A DNA stretch of 63,895 nt, filler included, from Bipalium vagum (lineage: Eukaryota): the NCBI GenBank assembly GCA_037834085.1. It is 3 parts of 3 records of this genome, joined end to end, with 100 filler letters (N's around TTAATTAATTAA, not from the genome) between each part and the next. Parts side by side here need not be neighbours in the genome. Positions count along the whole stretch, not along the records: positions 1 to 31,831 come from JBBMKC010245900.1; 2 more parts are not named here. One strand, given 5' to 3'. The translations under genes and the position numbers were made by a program. The notes beneath the pieces were generated by a model that was given only the letters and a program-made list of their open reading frames with translations, searched no databases and was not told the DNA's origin. Shown piece after piece: positions 14,344 through 25,645 of this stretch. Numbering within the stretch: the stretch's first letter is position 1; each line of letters opens with the position of its first letter.

Positions 14344-17036
14344 TTTTCTAAATATTTTAAGAAATACTTGTTTAAAGATATAAGATAAAAAATAAATTAC
14401 TTAGATTCAAAATTTAAAATATTTTAAATTACTTTATATATAAAAACAAACGAAATATTTCAATAATTTAAAACTTTCTACTTGTAACTTATAGATAATC
14501 TTCGAAATTTCTTCTTTTAATTTATCTGTATTAAATAATATTCACTGGTAAAATGCTAAGCAATATCAACTCGCGTGTATTGTAGTACCGATAAAATCAA
14601 GAAAAGTTTTGACTAACATAAAATTCTTTTAAGTAAAAATGACTTGTTAAGATACTTAAGTTAATCTGTTAAATAGTGTATAAAGTTGCAATTTTTATTC
14701 CCACTTTGAAATTTTTAAAATTAAAAATAAGTTTTTAATCAATAATATCAAAAAATTGGTTGAAATGTAAAGACTTTCCACGTCCAATCAAAATAAAAAA
14801 ACAATGTAAATCTTTGTGAGAACTTCAATCTTTATGCAATCATTTTTGTAAATTTTATCCTTGTGAAAAATTTTAATTCTTTTTTTATGTAAAATGTAAA
14901 TGTGAAATCGTTCTGGTTAAAATATAAATAAATCAAATAATTAAATAAAATTGTAAGATAGTTGCATTATATTTGTAATAAAGCAAATCAAGTACTTAAA
15001 TCTAAATTTTATAATTAGTATTTAAAATTAAAAAATAGAGTTGTTAAAACAATAGAAAAATAATTAAAAATAGTAAGAATAAGCATTATTTTTAAAATAT
15101 ACATGTATATAATACAAAAGAGTATAAATTTAAAAATTGAAATAAAACTAGCAACAGAAATAAAAATGGCAAAATTCTAATAATCAGCAATTCTAGTCAC
15201 TAAAAACTAGCAGAACCTCACTTTAAAACATCATACCACTAATTTTGTTTATCAGCAGACCAGTAACACGTTCATTATTTAAAGATAAAAGGAGAAGATT
15301 GAAGGAAAACCGAAAAGCCAACTATTTATGCCCAATACATTTATGTTCCAAAGTAATTTTAATTTGTACCTTTTTAAAATAGTTTATTAAATTTGTTTTG
15401 TGAACAAAACAGAGTTTAATTTGATTCAATAATAAAAAATTTTATTATGCACTTACTCAGAAAACTGTACAAATGTTTTGCAATGTTGTGTCTCTTCATT
15501 AATAAAGTATACAATAATAGTGTTTGGCTTGTCAAAGACACAAACCGCGATAAATATGATAATAATAATAATAATAATAATATTTTATCTATTGTAAATT
15601 ATCAATTATTAACATTACCATAAACAAATACACAACGGATTTATATAGAAAACAAATATAGAAAATAGAAATTACTATGAATAGAAATTAATGTAAATAA
15701 AATAAAATATGTTTCTAAAAATAGAATTTAGGTAAATAAAATAAAATGAATTTCTAAAAATAGAAATGAAGATTCTAAAATTAGAACCCACAAAAATAGT
15801 AAAAGGACGCACAATAATTCGCACGAAGGGCTCAATTATAACACAAGATAACACTCACAGAGGAACATTCACAAACAATCAGCAGAGGACGATTTCCATC
15901 AAAAAGATAAAGATGAATCACCTAAGAAAGTTTCAAGATTTGCAAAACTTAGTAAGGAATGTCTATTCATATTTTATAAACTCTGTACGAATTTCCGTAA
16001 CAACAGTTTATCTTATTATTAAAATATATTATCTACTATCAAGCAATCTTTACCGATTGACTTGGTAATTATTATTAACTAACTCTTCTAAATAAGTGCT
16101 CGAAGCTTTTCGAGAATCAATTAAAGTTGTATTTTTTCTATTTTTCTTCTTTTTATTTTATTATTTACACAGCCGCTAGCTGGTAAATTGCTGAATACTT
16201 TTGAGCATTAAACTAAGTTTGTGCCAAAAGATATATATCTTTATTTGATAAGTACATAAAGATTTTAATTGTAAAAATCAGATTTTCCAATAAATATTTT
16301 GAAAAAAATTGTGTTATCTCAGTTCATTTAAATTTTTATTTGATCGTTTATTGTGACAGTGATTTTTAGTTTTATGCCTGAACGTTCATCCTTAAATCCT
16401 TCTGATATTAAATATTTTGTTAAGTAACCTAAAAGCCCAATTTAGGTCTTCTTAATTTAAAATCAGTCACTTTTTAAGAACTTAACAAATTCATTTTTTG
16501 CGTGTTAGCTTTACTTATTTAATTTTAATTGATATTTTATTACATAAATTTCATTGACTTTTCAATAAATTGGCATTTGATATAAGCGGTATTTGATTTT
16601 ACTGATATTTGAGTGATATATTTGAGTATTTTTCCTTGAACATTTATTGTGATTTTAGTTTTGGAAATTTTTTAACAAAATTCATTTAACATTAATATAA
16701 ATAATTAAACTAATATAAACACATGGGTTCACGATATATTACAGATGACTTGATAAAAAAGTAAATAAATAAATATTATAAAAAATTAAAATCTATAATT
16801 CGATTAAGAATTATAAGTTATTAATTAATCAATTATCAATAATTAATAGATTTAATTTAAAAGTTTAATATAGATAATTTATAAATTTTTTACATTTTTG
16901 TTAAATTTAATAAAATAATTAATTTTATAATTGTTTTAAATTATTATCTATTTAATATTGAAGATTTTCACTTTTAAAACTTCATTATTTTCACTAAATT
17001 TAACTAATAAATTATTGCAGTGTTACTGAATTTTAA

Positions 17037-20000
17037 ATGGATCTCATATCCAGTAGTATAAACTTACATAAAATTCTTAATGAAATATGTACATTTTTTA
17101 TGCACATATTCAAAGACGACGTTGTACCTAATCTTCCTAACTTTGAACTCTTATATGAGTCTTGTCCTGATGAAAACAGGTTAAAAGTTATAAGCTTTCT
17201 TATTTCTGCAGCAATAGACATATTTGCTACTCAATCTCACCGAACTATTACAGTACTAATAGGTAATAAAATCGGATTGTGGCGTACACTAGTAGTTCGT
17301 TTATGTCAAAATCATTGTGCTGATAAGCATCATTTGCCATTCGAAATTGATATAATAGCATCTAGAAATAAATTAGTAGTAGAATCGTTGATATTTGATT
17401 GGGTAATTGCATAATTATTGCCTGTGAGTTTTGATAATTGATATAATTTTAGCCATTTTGCAATGAGATTGCATCGCAATTGTTACAATATTTCTGTGAA
17501 GCATTTCACGGAACCAATAACGTAAATCAACCATATATAGATGACTATGTGTCCAAATTTAAACCGAAATATAGACGGACAGAAGCTGTCAAGGTGATTG
17601 TGTTAGGAATGAAGTGGGTACACACTGTCCAAGGTAGTCCGAACTATGAACAGACGAAGCACATTTTGAAGCAGAACGTTATCAATTGCATTCTCATGTC
17701 GGACGTGCTGATGAAAAACCGTGAAGGTCAATTTGAAGAGATTTGGAATGAAATCGTTGCTCAACTGGACACGTATGACGAATTTGATCCGTCCAGAATT
17801 GATTCATTTCCGTTTTATTGTCAAATCAATCCGGTACTGAAACCGATTTGCGATTTGCTCCGAGTACTGTTCACGGAAGAGAACTCGATGACGGACTTTT
17901 CGAAAATCATCGGCAATTTCCATGAGATGAGTGAAAAGTACGAATCCGCGGAATTGTGGGGCCTAGAGTTAACCAACAACGTTCTGGCCGCTCTGAACAC
18001 AATTATGATCGAGATGGTGTTCCGAAAGTGTAAAGTTTTCCCGAAAATATCGGAAAACAACATGAAAATGTTCATAAACGCGATCGCCGTGCACGAGTCG
18101 ATCTCACAGATGGTTCTGATGTCAGAAGTCAACTATTGGGTGGATCGATTGAAGCGGAAACGTGTGGAACTGCCCGCCCAATTCCCGGAATTCTTTTCCG
18201 GAAATTGGAACATGACGACAAATGAATCAGTGTTCACGAAAATCCTGGACGATTATATTTTGAAGGTCTTGGACAACGAATCTGGCTCCGTTCCGGTACC
18301 AGGTTTAGTTGGATCAATCGAAACGAAGCCGTTCCAGTCGATGGTGACAAACAGCATCAAATCTGTAACGACGAGTCTGTTGATGAGAGATTCCTATTGC
18401 TCACCAATTGGTGACAACAAAATCTTGATGATTTCAAAAATTGTCGATAAAATGGCCCAACACCACGGGGTTCAACTGCAGTCACATTTTTTGGACAAAA
18501 TCGATCGGATTCTTCACAAATTCAACTCGACGATTTTCAAAAAGAATAACACGTCCCCGGACAAGCTGGACAGCAAATCGTTCATCGTTCCTCTGATGGA
18601 CGGTGTTGATTATCGGAAATTCGTTACGGAGATCTGGAAATTCGTCAATCAGTCGAATATTTTCCTGAAACCAATCAGTATTCAAGATTATCTTATCGAT
18701 ATTCGACAGGAATTGATGTCGCAAATACCACCGGATCAAGCCGATCGAATCGTTTCACGGATCATGTTCTACACGGGATGGCGGTTCCGGTTGCGATCTA
18801 TGGAAGTGATGTCGTCGGAAATGTTCCGATTTCATTTGGTGTTCAATTTTCTCAGTCAAAACTTACCCTCGAAATCGCTGGTTGAGGAAAATATGAATTT
18901 TTGGATGAGAAAACTGTCCGGTATCGATTGTTCAAAATCAGTCACCAAGGGTCAAACACCGTCTCCATTTCAGATCAACGAGTTCTTCATGGCTCAGAAA
19001 TTGGAAAATGTCCAATCTCACATTGTCCAAGTTCTCCGTGGCTCAAAAAACATTTCCATTCCTAATCTGACCGATGTTCCGTTTTCGTCGTACAACAAGG
19101 GTCTCGAAAGCACCAAGGCGATTTTGCAGATTTTGCGTTCTGTCTTTTCGCTATTGAACGAAGATTCGTCTCGTCGACACAAACACGACAATGTCAAGAA
19201 CTGGTTGAGTCATATGAAAACATTGGAAACGGATTTGCACATAATTTGCAGTAAGCTGGACGCCGATCGACTCCAGGTGTTGGCAGAGTTGACGTTCTTG
19301 ATTTCGTTCATTGTCACGTCGTTGGGAGCCGACGATAGCACTCTGGTGAACAGCTACAGAAAATTACCGTCCAATTATCACCAGACGATCTATTTGGATC
19401 GTGACGTCAGTGATGAGGAGCTTTTGAAATTACCCGCAAAACGTGGAGCAGTGAAACAGGAGGCTCACGACAGGTTAGTTGGGTTTTAAATCGATAACAA
19501 TTTTACGAATAATATTTTCATAAGAATTCACAATTAATCAAAACTCGATTGAATTTTCTGTCTATATTAGAAATCACCATATCTTTCAATTAATAATCGA
19601 TTTTTTTGAAATCAATATTTAACAAAAACATATTATTAGTTGAATTCCATGAAATAGATTAATTGTTATCAATTTAGACAAGAAATCGATGGAAAATCAA
19701 AATTGGGTCTGAAAAAAAAGCTCATCGACATGGAACAAGAGGAGCCGAAAATGAAAAAACTCTGCCGAGGCGTCTCTAGTCTTGATGATAATAATTATCG
19801 CGATGGTGATGACATTGATGAGGTTGACTATCCGATAAAATTCGAGTCTCGAATTTCCGAAAAACCGACGATTCATTCCAAAGTGAACTTTATTAATTCG
19901 TCCAGCGATATTACAATCGGAGAAATGATCGAATCGAGAATAACCTACATCAGTGAACCGAATCTGAAATCGATATGCATCGATCCCGGTAAAGGAAAAT

Positions 20001-22379
20001 CAAGACCGCCGAAATATATCCAGATCTCCGCTTGTCCCAACAGAAATCCAATCACAATTGTGAAAAAACCAGTGTTAGTTTTGAAATGGTTTTCGTAACA
20101 TGTGATGATTTCATTCTTTTCTGTGAACCCAGCATTTCGTTTTCTTAATATTTTGCTTTATTAACCCTTTTTCTTATTATTATAATTATAATAACAATAA
20201 TAATAATTACTACTATTACTATTACTAAAATATTATTAACTATATTTTGAGCAGACTGACTCAAAAGAGACACAAGACCAGTCCCGTTAAATTGAACGAA
20301 TCAAAGATCCTTTATAATTTCAATATCATTCGTGAAGTCGGCAATGGAACGTTTGGGAAAATATTTGAGGCCGTGGATAAATTTTCCAGTATGGGAGTTT
20401 TTTTGTTGATTATTTTCCCTTTGAAATTGACACTGGTACTGTAAATTTTTTGCAGATCGAAAAGTTGCACTTAAACGAATCACACTCACCAATAGAGAAA
20501 ACGGTATTCCTCAAGCGATTTTGAGGGAAATATTTCTCTATAAATCCGTCAACCATCCTAATTTGATCCAGTTCATCGATATTGTGGTCAATGAAATCGA
20601 ATCAATAAAGTCCAAATTTTCTGATCTCGGTAAAATCGATTTTTGTCTTAATTTTTTTTTCGTTGTATCAATAAATATTTTCTTTCCATCGTCATTCTCG
20701 TTGGGCTCCTTGTGCGCGCTCTGTCCGTCTCGTAATTCCGTTTTCCAGAAGTCATTGTACCGAAATCGTTCTATTTCGTGTTCGATTATGTGGAACACGA
20801 CCTGCACGGCCTGCTGAAATCGAAGAGCATGATATTCTCGCTCACTCAAATCGGCTTTCTTAGTAGACAATTGTTCAGCGGTCTGGCATATCTGCACGAC
20901 AAAAACATCATCCACCGTGACATCATTCCGTCCAATTTGATGATAACCAATCAGTAAGAGATAAAATATCGATTTTTAAAAAAATCGATTAAATAAATTT
21001 TTATTGATTCATAGTAGTATTGATATTTTAAAATTTATGGATTTTTTAAATTAAATTTTTCAAAATTTGTTTTTTTACAGAGGCATTTTGAAAATTGCTG
21101 ATTTTGGAAACGCACGTCTGCTGATAAAAGACGTTCAATTGGACAACAACCTGTCTCTGACACCGAAAACCGTTCCGTTTCTCTATCGGGCCCCGGAGAT
21201 TCTGATGGAATTGGAAACTTACGGAACGGAGGTGGATATGTGGTCGGCCGGATGTGTCATTTACGAATTGTTCACTGGATCAATATTGTGGAGTTCTGAA
21301 AAGGAAAATTCCGATGGCAGCGAATCAGTGTTCGAACACATTTCCAACATTGCCAAAGTTCTGGGCAGTCCCAATTCCGTCGTGTGGCAATCGGTCAATC
21401 AGTCGAAGCATTATATATCATTGGTCAATCGTAATATTGTGCTCAATTACAGTCGGAAAATCGATGATCATATGAAAACGTGATTTATTCTTTTTATTAC
21501 TACTACTATTATTATTATTCTTAATTATCGTATTGATTAATTATTCATAAATTCTTAAATGTCTAAACAAGAAAAAAATCAATAAAATTTAATGTTTATT
21601 TTAATATTCATTGTTATATTGATTTTATTCCGATAAAATTGGACATTTATTCTTTCTGTCAGTATTCCATACGATGCCGCCGATGTTCTCAAGCAAATAT
21701 TCCAATGGGATCCAGCCAAACGGATGACGGCAAGAAATGCACTCGGTTCCAATTGGTTGGTGGATATCGAAATGGAATCGATAATGTCTACGGAGTATTG
21801 TTTATTTTCATCTGTGCCTCTCAAATCAGTCTTTGTGCTTGTGATTTAAGATTTCCCGACAAGGACTGTCACGAGCTATTGCTTCTGGAGACTGACAGAA
21901 CCAATGTTGTTCCATTGGCCATTGGAGAGGAAAGTGAAGACAGTCGATCGAAAACTACCACCATCACTACTACTGCAGCAACAAAAGCAGCTATAGTCGA
22001 TGACAGTCATTTGGCGAACATATACGACTCGACCAACAACAATGGTGGAATCGTTGTCGTTGCCAACAACAACGGAGGTGGAAATGGGGGTTTAATTATC
22101 AACAACACGAGCAACGAAATGGTTGGTGCAGAAGACGAGGAAATCAAGGAAGAGGACTTGATGAGGTTTGTCGATTCGTTATCGGGGCGCATTTTGGAGC
22201 TGGCAGACGTACTGGATCGCATGAGGAATGAGCCCGTGTGCACCGCCGATATTGTAAAGGGCGTCGTCATGAGAGCGGCTAGGGTCTGGAGCGGGACGGA
22301 AGCCATCAGACTAAGAATGGTGACGTTCATGTTGGACTATTTACTGAAACCAGACGAGAAACAGAAACTCGGATTCTGA
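17037..22379 (+). CDS. Putative ~1451-aa fusion protein: INTS5-like helical N-terminal region, linker, divergent CDK12/13-like kinase, and unknown C-terminal helical domain. Exons 17037-17402, 17453-19473, 19678-20073, 20255-20388, 20456-20629, 20749-20953, 21081-21479, 21663-21794, 21851-22379
   Basis: All 8 GT-AG introns are phase-compatible; total 4356 nt = 1452 codons. Kinase motifs: [71 protein letters not shown], and the CDK12/13-specific DCHEL extension. The N-terminal motifs align by eye with INTS5. The junction at 19473/19678 needs transcript evidence. Confidence 0.72.
20255..21890 (+). other. CDK12/CDK13-family protein kinase domain (divergent), spread over exons 4-9 of the gene above
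   Basis: Spliced translation ...[52 protein letters not shown]... and [54 protein letters not shown]. This parallels CDK12 as recalled: [48 protein letters not shown]. Confidence 0.9.
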
Positions 22380-23569
22380 CCTTTGTAGTGTGTTCTATTT
22401 TTTTGTTATTTTATCAGTAATCGTCCCAATTTAAAGAATGCTGATCGATTATTACGAGAGAGAATATTAGTAAATGGTTGTAGAGATGTATACTTCACGA
22501 GATTTTCGCCAAGTTCCATTGTTATTTTTGTAAAGTTTTCGTTTTTGAAAAATGTAAATTTAATGTGTAGTACAAAAATAAATTTATTTTGTGTATTTTT
22601 TTATTTTTGGAAAAATGAATATTAGTTTTTTTGTGACAAAAGGATTTTCTTTTTGACATTCTGACAGACACATTTCGATTCTAAACTGGCTGCCAAAGTT
22701 GAGGCCGTCGCTAAAGTTTCAGCACCTCATAGAGTTGTGATACGAATGTTTGATATTAATAATGCCTTCAACCCACACAAAGTTAAAAATCTAAAACGTT
22801 CTTATTACCTTCGATTATAACGGATAACTTCTGGGTCTTGTTTCTTTTCATTTAAATACTGGAAAAATATTTATATCAAATTTTTTTACAACGGATGTGT
22901 TCATTACAATATTAATATCTTGATTTTATGGCTTACGTTGGGTGGCAATCAATATCTGTGTTTCTTTAAAAAATTCTGTTCTGTAATACTTGTTGATTTG
23001 ACGAAATGGCCATGAGAAGAAAATTGAACATCTGAAAATTATTGAGAACAAGTTGCCGTTTGAGAGATTGATTATTGTGCAGAAAATGCAAAAATAAAAT
23101 TACCACGCGAGGAAATCGTTTTTTTGTCAATTGGGAATATAAAGGCTTCTCAAAAAATCCCAGAACATGTTTTTAAATGTTGTCTAAATAATTCGGTGAA
23201 GCGTTGGTATTTATTTATCGCATCACACACTTTGAAGGTGATACAACAAATTTGGATGCTTAGTCAAATTCTTTTGTTTTATTTAAAAATTCAAGTTACT
23301 TTTGTTGTTTATATGATTTGATTTTTTAAGGAAAATTTGAATTATAAACAAAAATAAATTAACAAATAAAAATTTTGCTTATCACAATAATACTACTCCG
23401 GAAAATTGAAGATTCTAAAGAAATATTAAAAAAAGAAGTAATTTTGGTTTGGAATTTATTCAGCAATTTCATATGAAAACATCTTGAAGGCCAACAGTTG
23501 ATTCAGTTTTAATTATAAATTATACAGTAGGCGAAAACAAATGAACTGAATAGTTAAAGACAATAAAAG

Positions 23570-23990
23570 ATACTCTCACCCATAGCGACAATAGGTACCC
23601 GGGTGTCCTCTAGGTCCTTTTCGGTCCCCTAGGATTTACAAAGCTCGATGGGCCCAATGTAAAATCCTGTTACTTGTTCGTCATCATAAAAAATGTAATT
23701 ACTGAAATCTTTCAACAAAAAATCTTTCACAAAAGTCGTCTTCTTAAATAATCTTAAGCCAAAAATGTCTTCGATATCTTGCAATACATAATCTTGAATA
23801 ATAACACTAATTATTCTCGCGATTTTTTGTGCGAACTTATGGAAATAGCCGTCTTCTTATATAGTGATAGAGATTGGTTTACGATCATCAAGCTCTACGT
23901 TTTAACGGCTATTTTCCTTAATGGCCCATAAATTCTAACTTTATTTCTATGCTGTCTCGATCGCGGGACACAATTCTTTTTTTTATTAAT
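23570..23990 (-). repeat. Inverted copy of the interspersed hairpin-rich (LTR-like) repeat found at 61400-62780
   Basis: Its reverse complement contains aaggaaaatagccg..tgatcgtaaaccaatctctatcactatataagaagacggctatttcc and gggcccatcgagc..aggacctagaggacacccggg..gtcgctatgggtgagag. These match ~61567-61645 and ~62688-62772. Confidence 0.8.
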
Positions 23991-24069
23991 TTATCAAATA
24001 TATACTAACTCTATCATAAAAAACCAGATTTGTTAAAATTAATTATAGATTTGCTTTCAAAAATAGAAG

Positions 24070-24420
24070 TCAACGTTTCAGGTTCAGTTGATCAGAAATT
24101 CTCTGGTAATGAAAACAATAATTTGTCAAGATTTTTAAATTTATTCCTAAGAATTCGCTTATTGAGAGACATGAAAAAACGATGTCGTTTGCATTTAAAT
24201 CTGGTTGGTTAATAGTGATTATGCTGGGAATAAAACTATCTCCAAAGTCATTGAAGCGTTCAACATTATTCTTTCCAATGTGTGAACGAGCATTGTCCAT
24301 TTGCACAGTCACTTTCTGACACGACTGCATTTTGTTACAAATCATAGGCATACCTTCAATGGTCATCAATTCTAATAATTATTAATAATATTATTTCAGA
24401 CCCGTAATTGTATCTTCAGT
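24070..24420 (-). mobile_element. Tc1/mariner DDD transposase fragment
   Basis: VTVQMDNARSHIGKNNVERFN..ITINQPDLNAND, a decayed QQDNARPH...QPxxSPDLNxxD. Confidence 0.65.
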
Positions 24421-24449
24421 TCTTGTCTGAGGAACCCAATAAATACTGG

Positions 24450-24680
24450 AACATTTGCATTATTCACTAGATCGAACATCATCTGATTTCTATCTGTTCC
24501 CATATCTTTAAAAGTTTCTACGTAGCAAGTGGTTCTGATCAGATAATGAGCCTATAGCAGCTGTAAATGAGTATTTTGAAGGATTCATAATATCATTTTC
24601 CAGCTGACATAATTAAATTGGAGAACCACTAGACCAAATACATTGAGCTTTTCGGAAAATATTTTCATGAATAAATTTTT
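24450..24680 (+). mobile_element. Mariner C-terminal remnant
   Basis: LEHLHYSLDRTSSDFYLFPYL..IAAVNEYFE..KYIEL.GKYF. Confidence 0.65.
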
Positions 24681-25129
24681 TTGAACTTTAAATTTGTTTA
24701 TTGTTTTTCCTTCGACCAGCTTTCCAATTATCCAAATATATTCAAATTTACAGATAAAAAGAAGAATCGGCTCCGGCTAAGCTAAGTGCATAATACTCTA
24801 AGAAAACATGTACACATTCATAGTAATTGATCGAGTACGTAGATAATAAATTGAGGAGATAAATTATATATATAATACTAATATCTGAGGTTTACAAAAA
24901 TTTTAATTTGTTTATATACATAAATATTATTTGGCGTATTTCTGAAAAAACAAATTCAAATTATGTATATTTCACTTTATTACTTTAAAAAAACAAACAC
25001 CAAAAACTATGTAGAGTCTATGGCATAGATAGAATAAGAGAACGCACTTACCAGATTTGCTTTACCAAACTTCATTCCTGAAATTTCTAGATTCAAGATG
25101 CATCATACTCTAGTAGACCATTTCAACTT

Positions 25130-25645
25130 AATGAAAACCAATTAAAGGCAATTATCGAGAATTACAGACCGTTCGTGAGATCGCAAAGAAGTTGGATTTA
25201 TTGAAAACAATTATTATCTAAGAAATATGGGATTTTTAAAAAAACTTAATATCTGGGTCCTACAAAAACTGCATAAAATTCAGTTAACTCAACGTGTTAA
25301 GATTTGTAATATGCTCCTTAAACAAAATCAAAGCAATCCATTCTTGAAAAAGCGGTAACCGTTGACAAGAAATAAATTGTATACAATAATGTCCATCGCA
25401 AAAGATCATGGTCAAAGTCCGATGAGACCAGTAAAAGAATATCAAAACCTAATAACAACCAAAAAAGTTATGCTATTCATATGATGGGATTACAAGGGTA
25501 TACTTTGAGCTCATATCATTTAGCCAAAACAAATTGATTCAAATGTATACTGCCAACAACTATCGAAATTAAGCAATTGCTTGCAGCAGAAACGTCCAGA
25601 AATGGTAAGTCATGCAGGTGTTGGGTATCATCACGAAAACGAATA
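25130..25645 (+). mobile_element. Mariner transposase remnant (central part)
   Basis: LNIWVLQKL.KIQLTQRVKICNMLLKQNQSNPFLKK..DKK*IVYNNVHRKRSWSK..WDYKG..SNVYCQQL. Confidence 0.8.

Noticed and set aside
15766-16068. 100-aa ORF in the divergent intergenic spacer
   Set aside because: It starts within a degenerate AAATAGAA tandem repeat, with no recognisable domain or convincing splice context.
21639-21850. N-terminal part of the 246-aa ORF 21639..22379
   Set aside because: The true kinase frame in 21663-21794 is a different frame. The ORF frame is only used after the acceptor at 21851.
17821-22330. Minus-strand ORFs overlapping the fusion gene (17821..18132, 18482..18739, 20538..20915, 22007..22330)
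   Set aside because: Antisense shadows of GC-richer coding exons, with no motifs.
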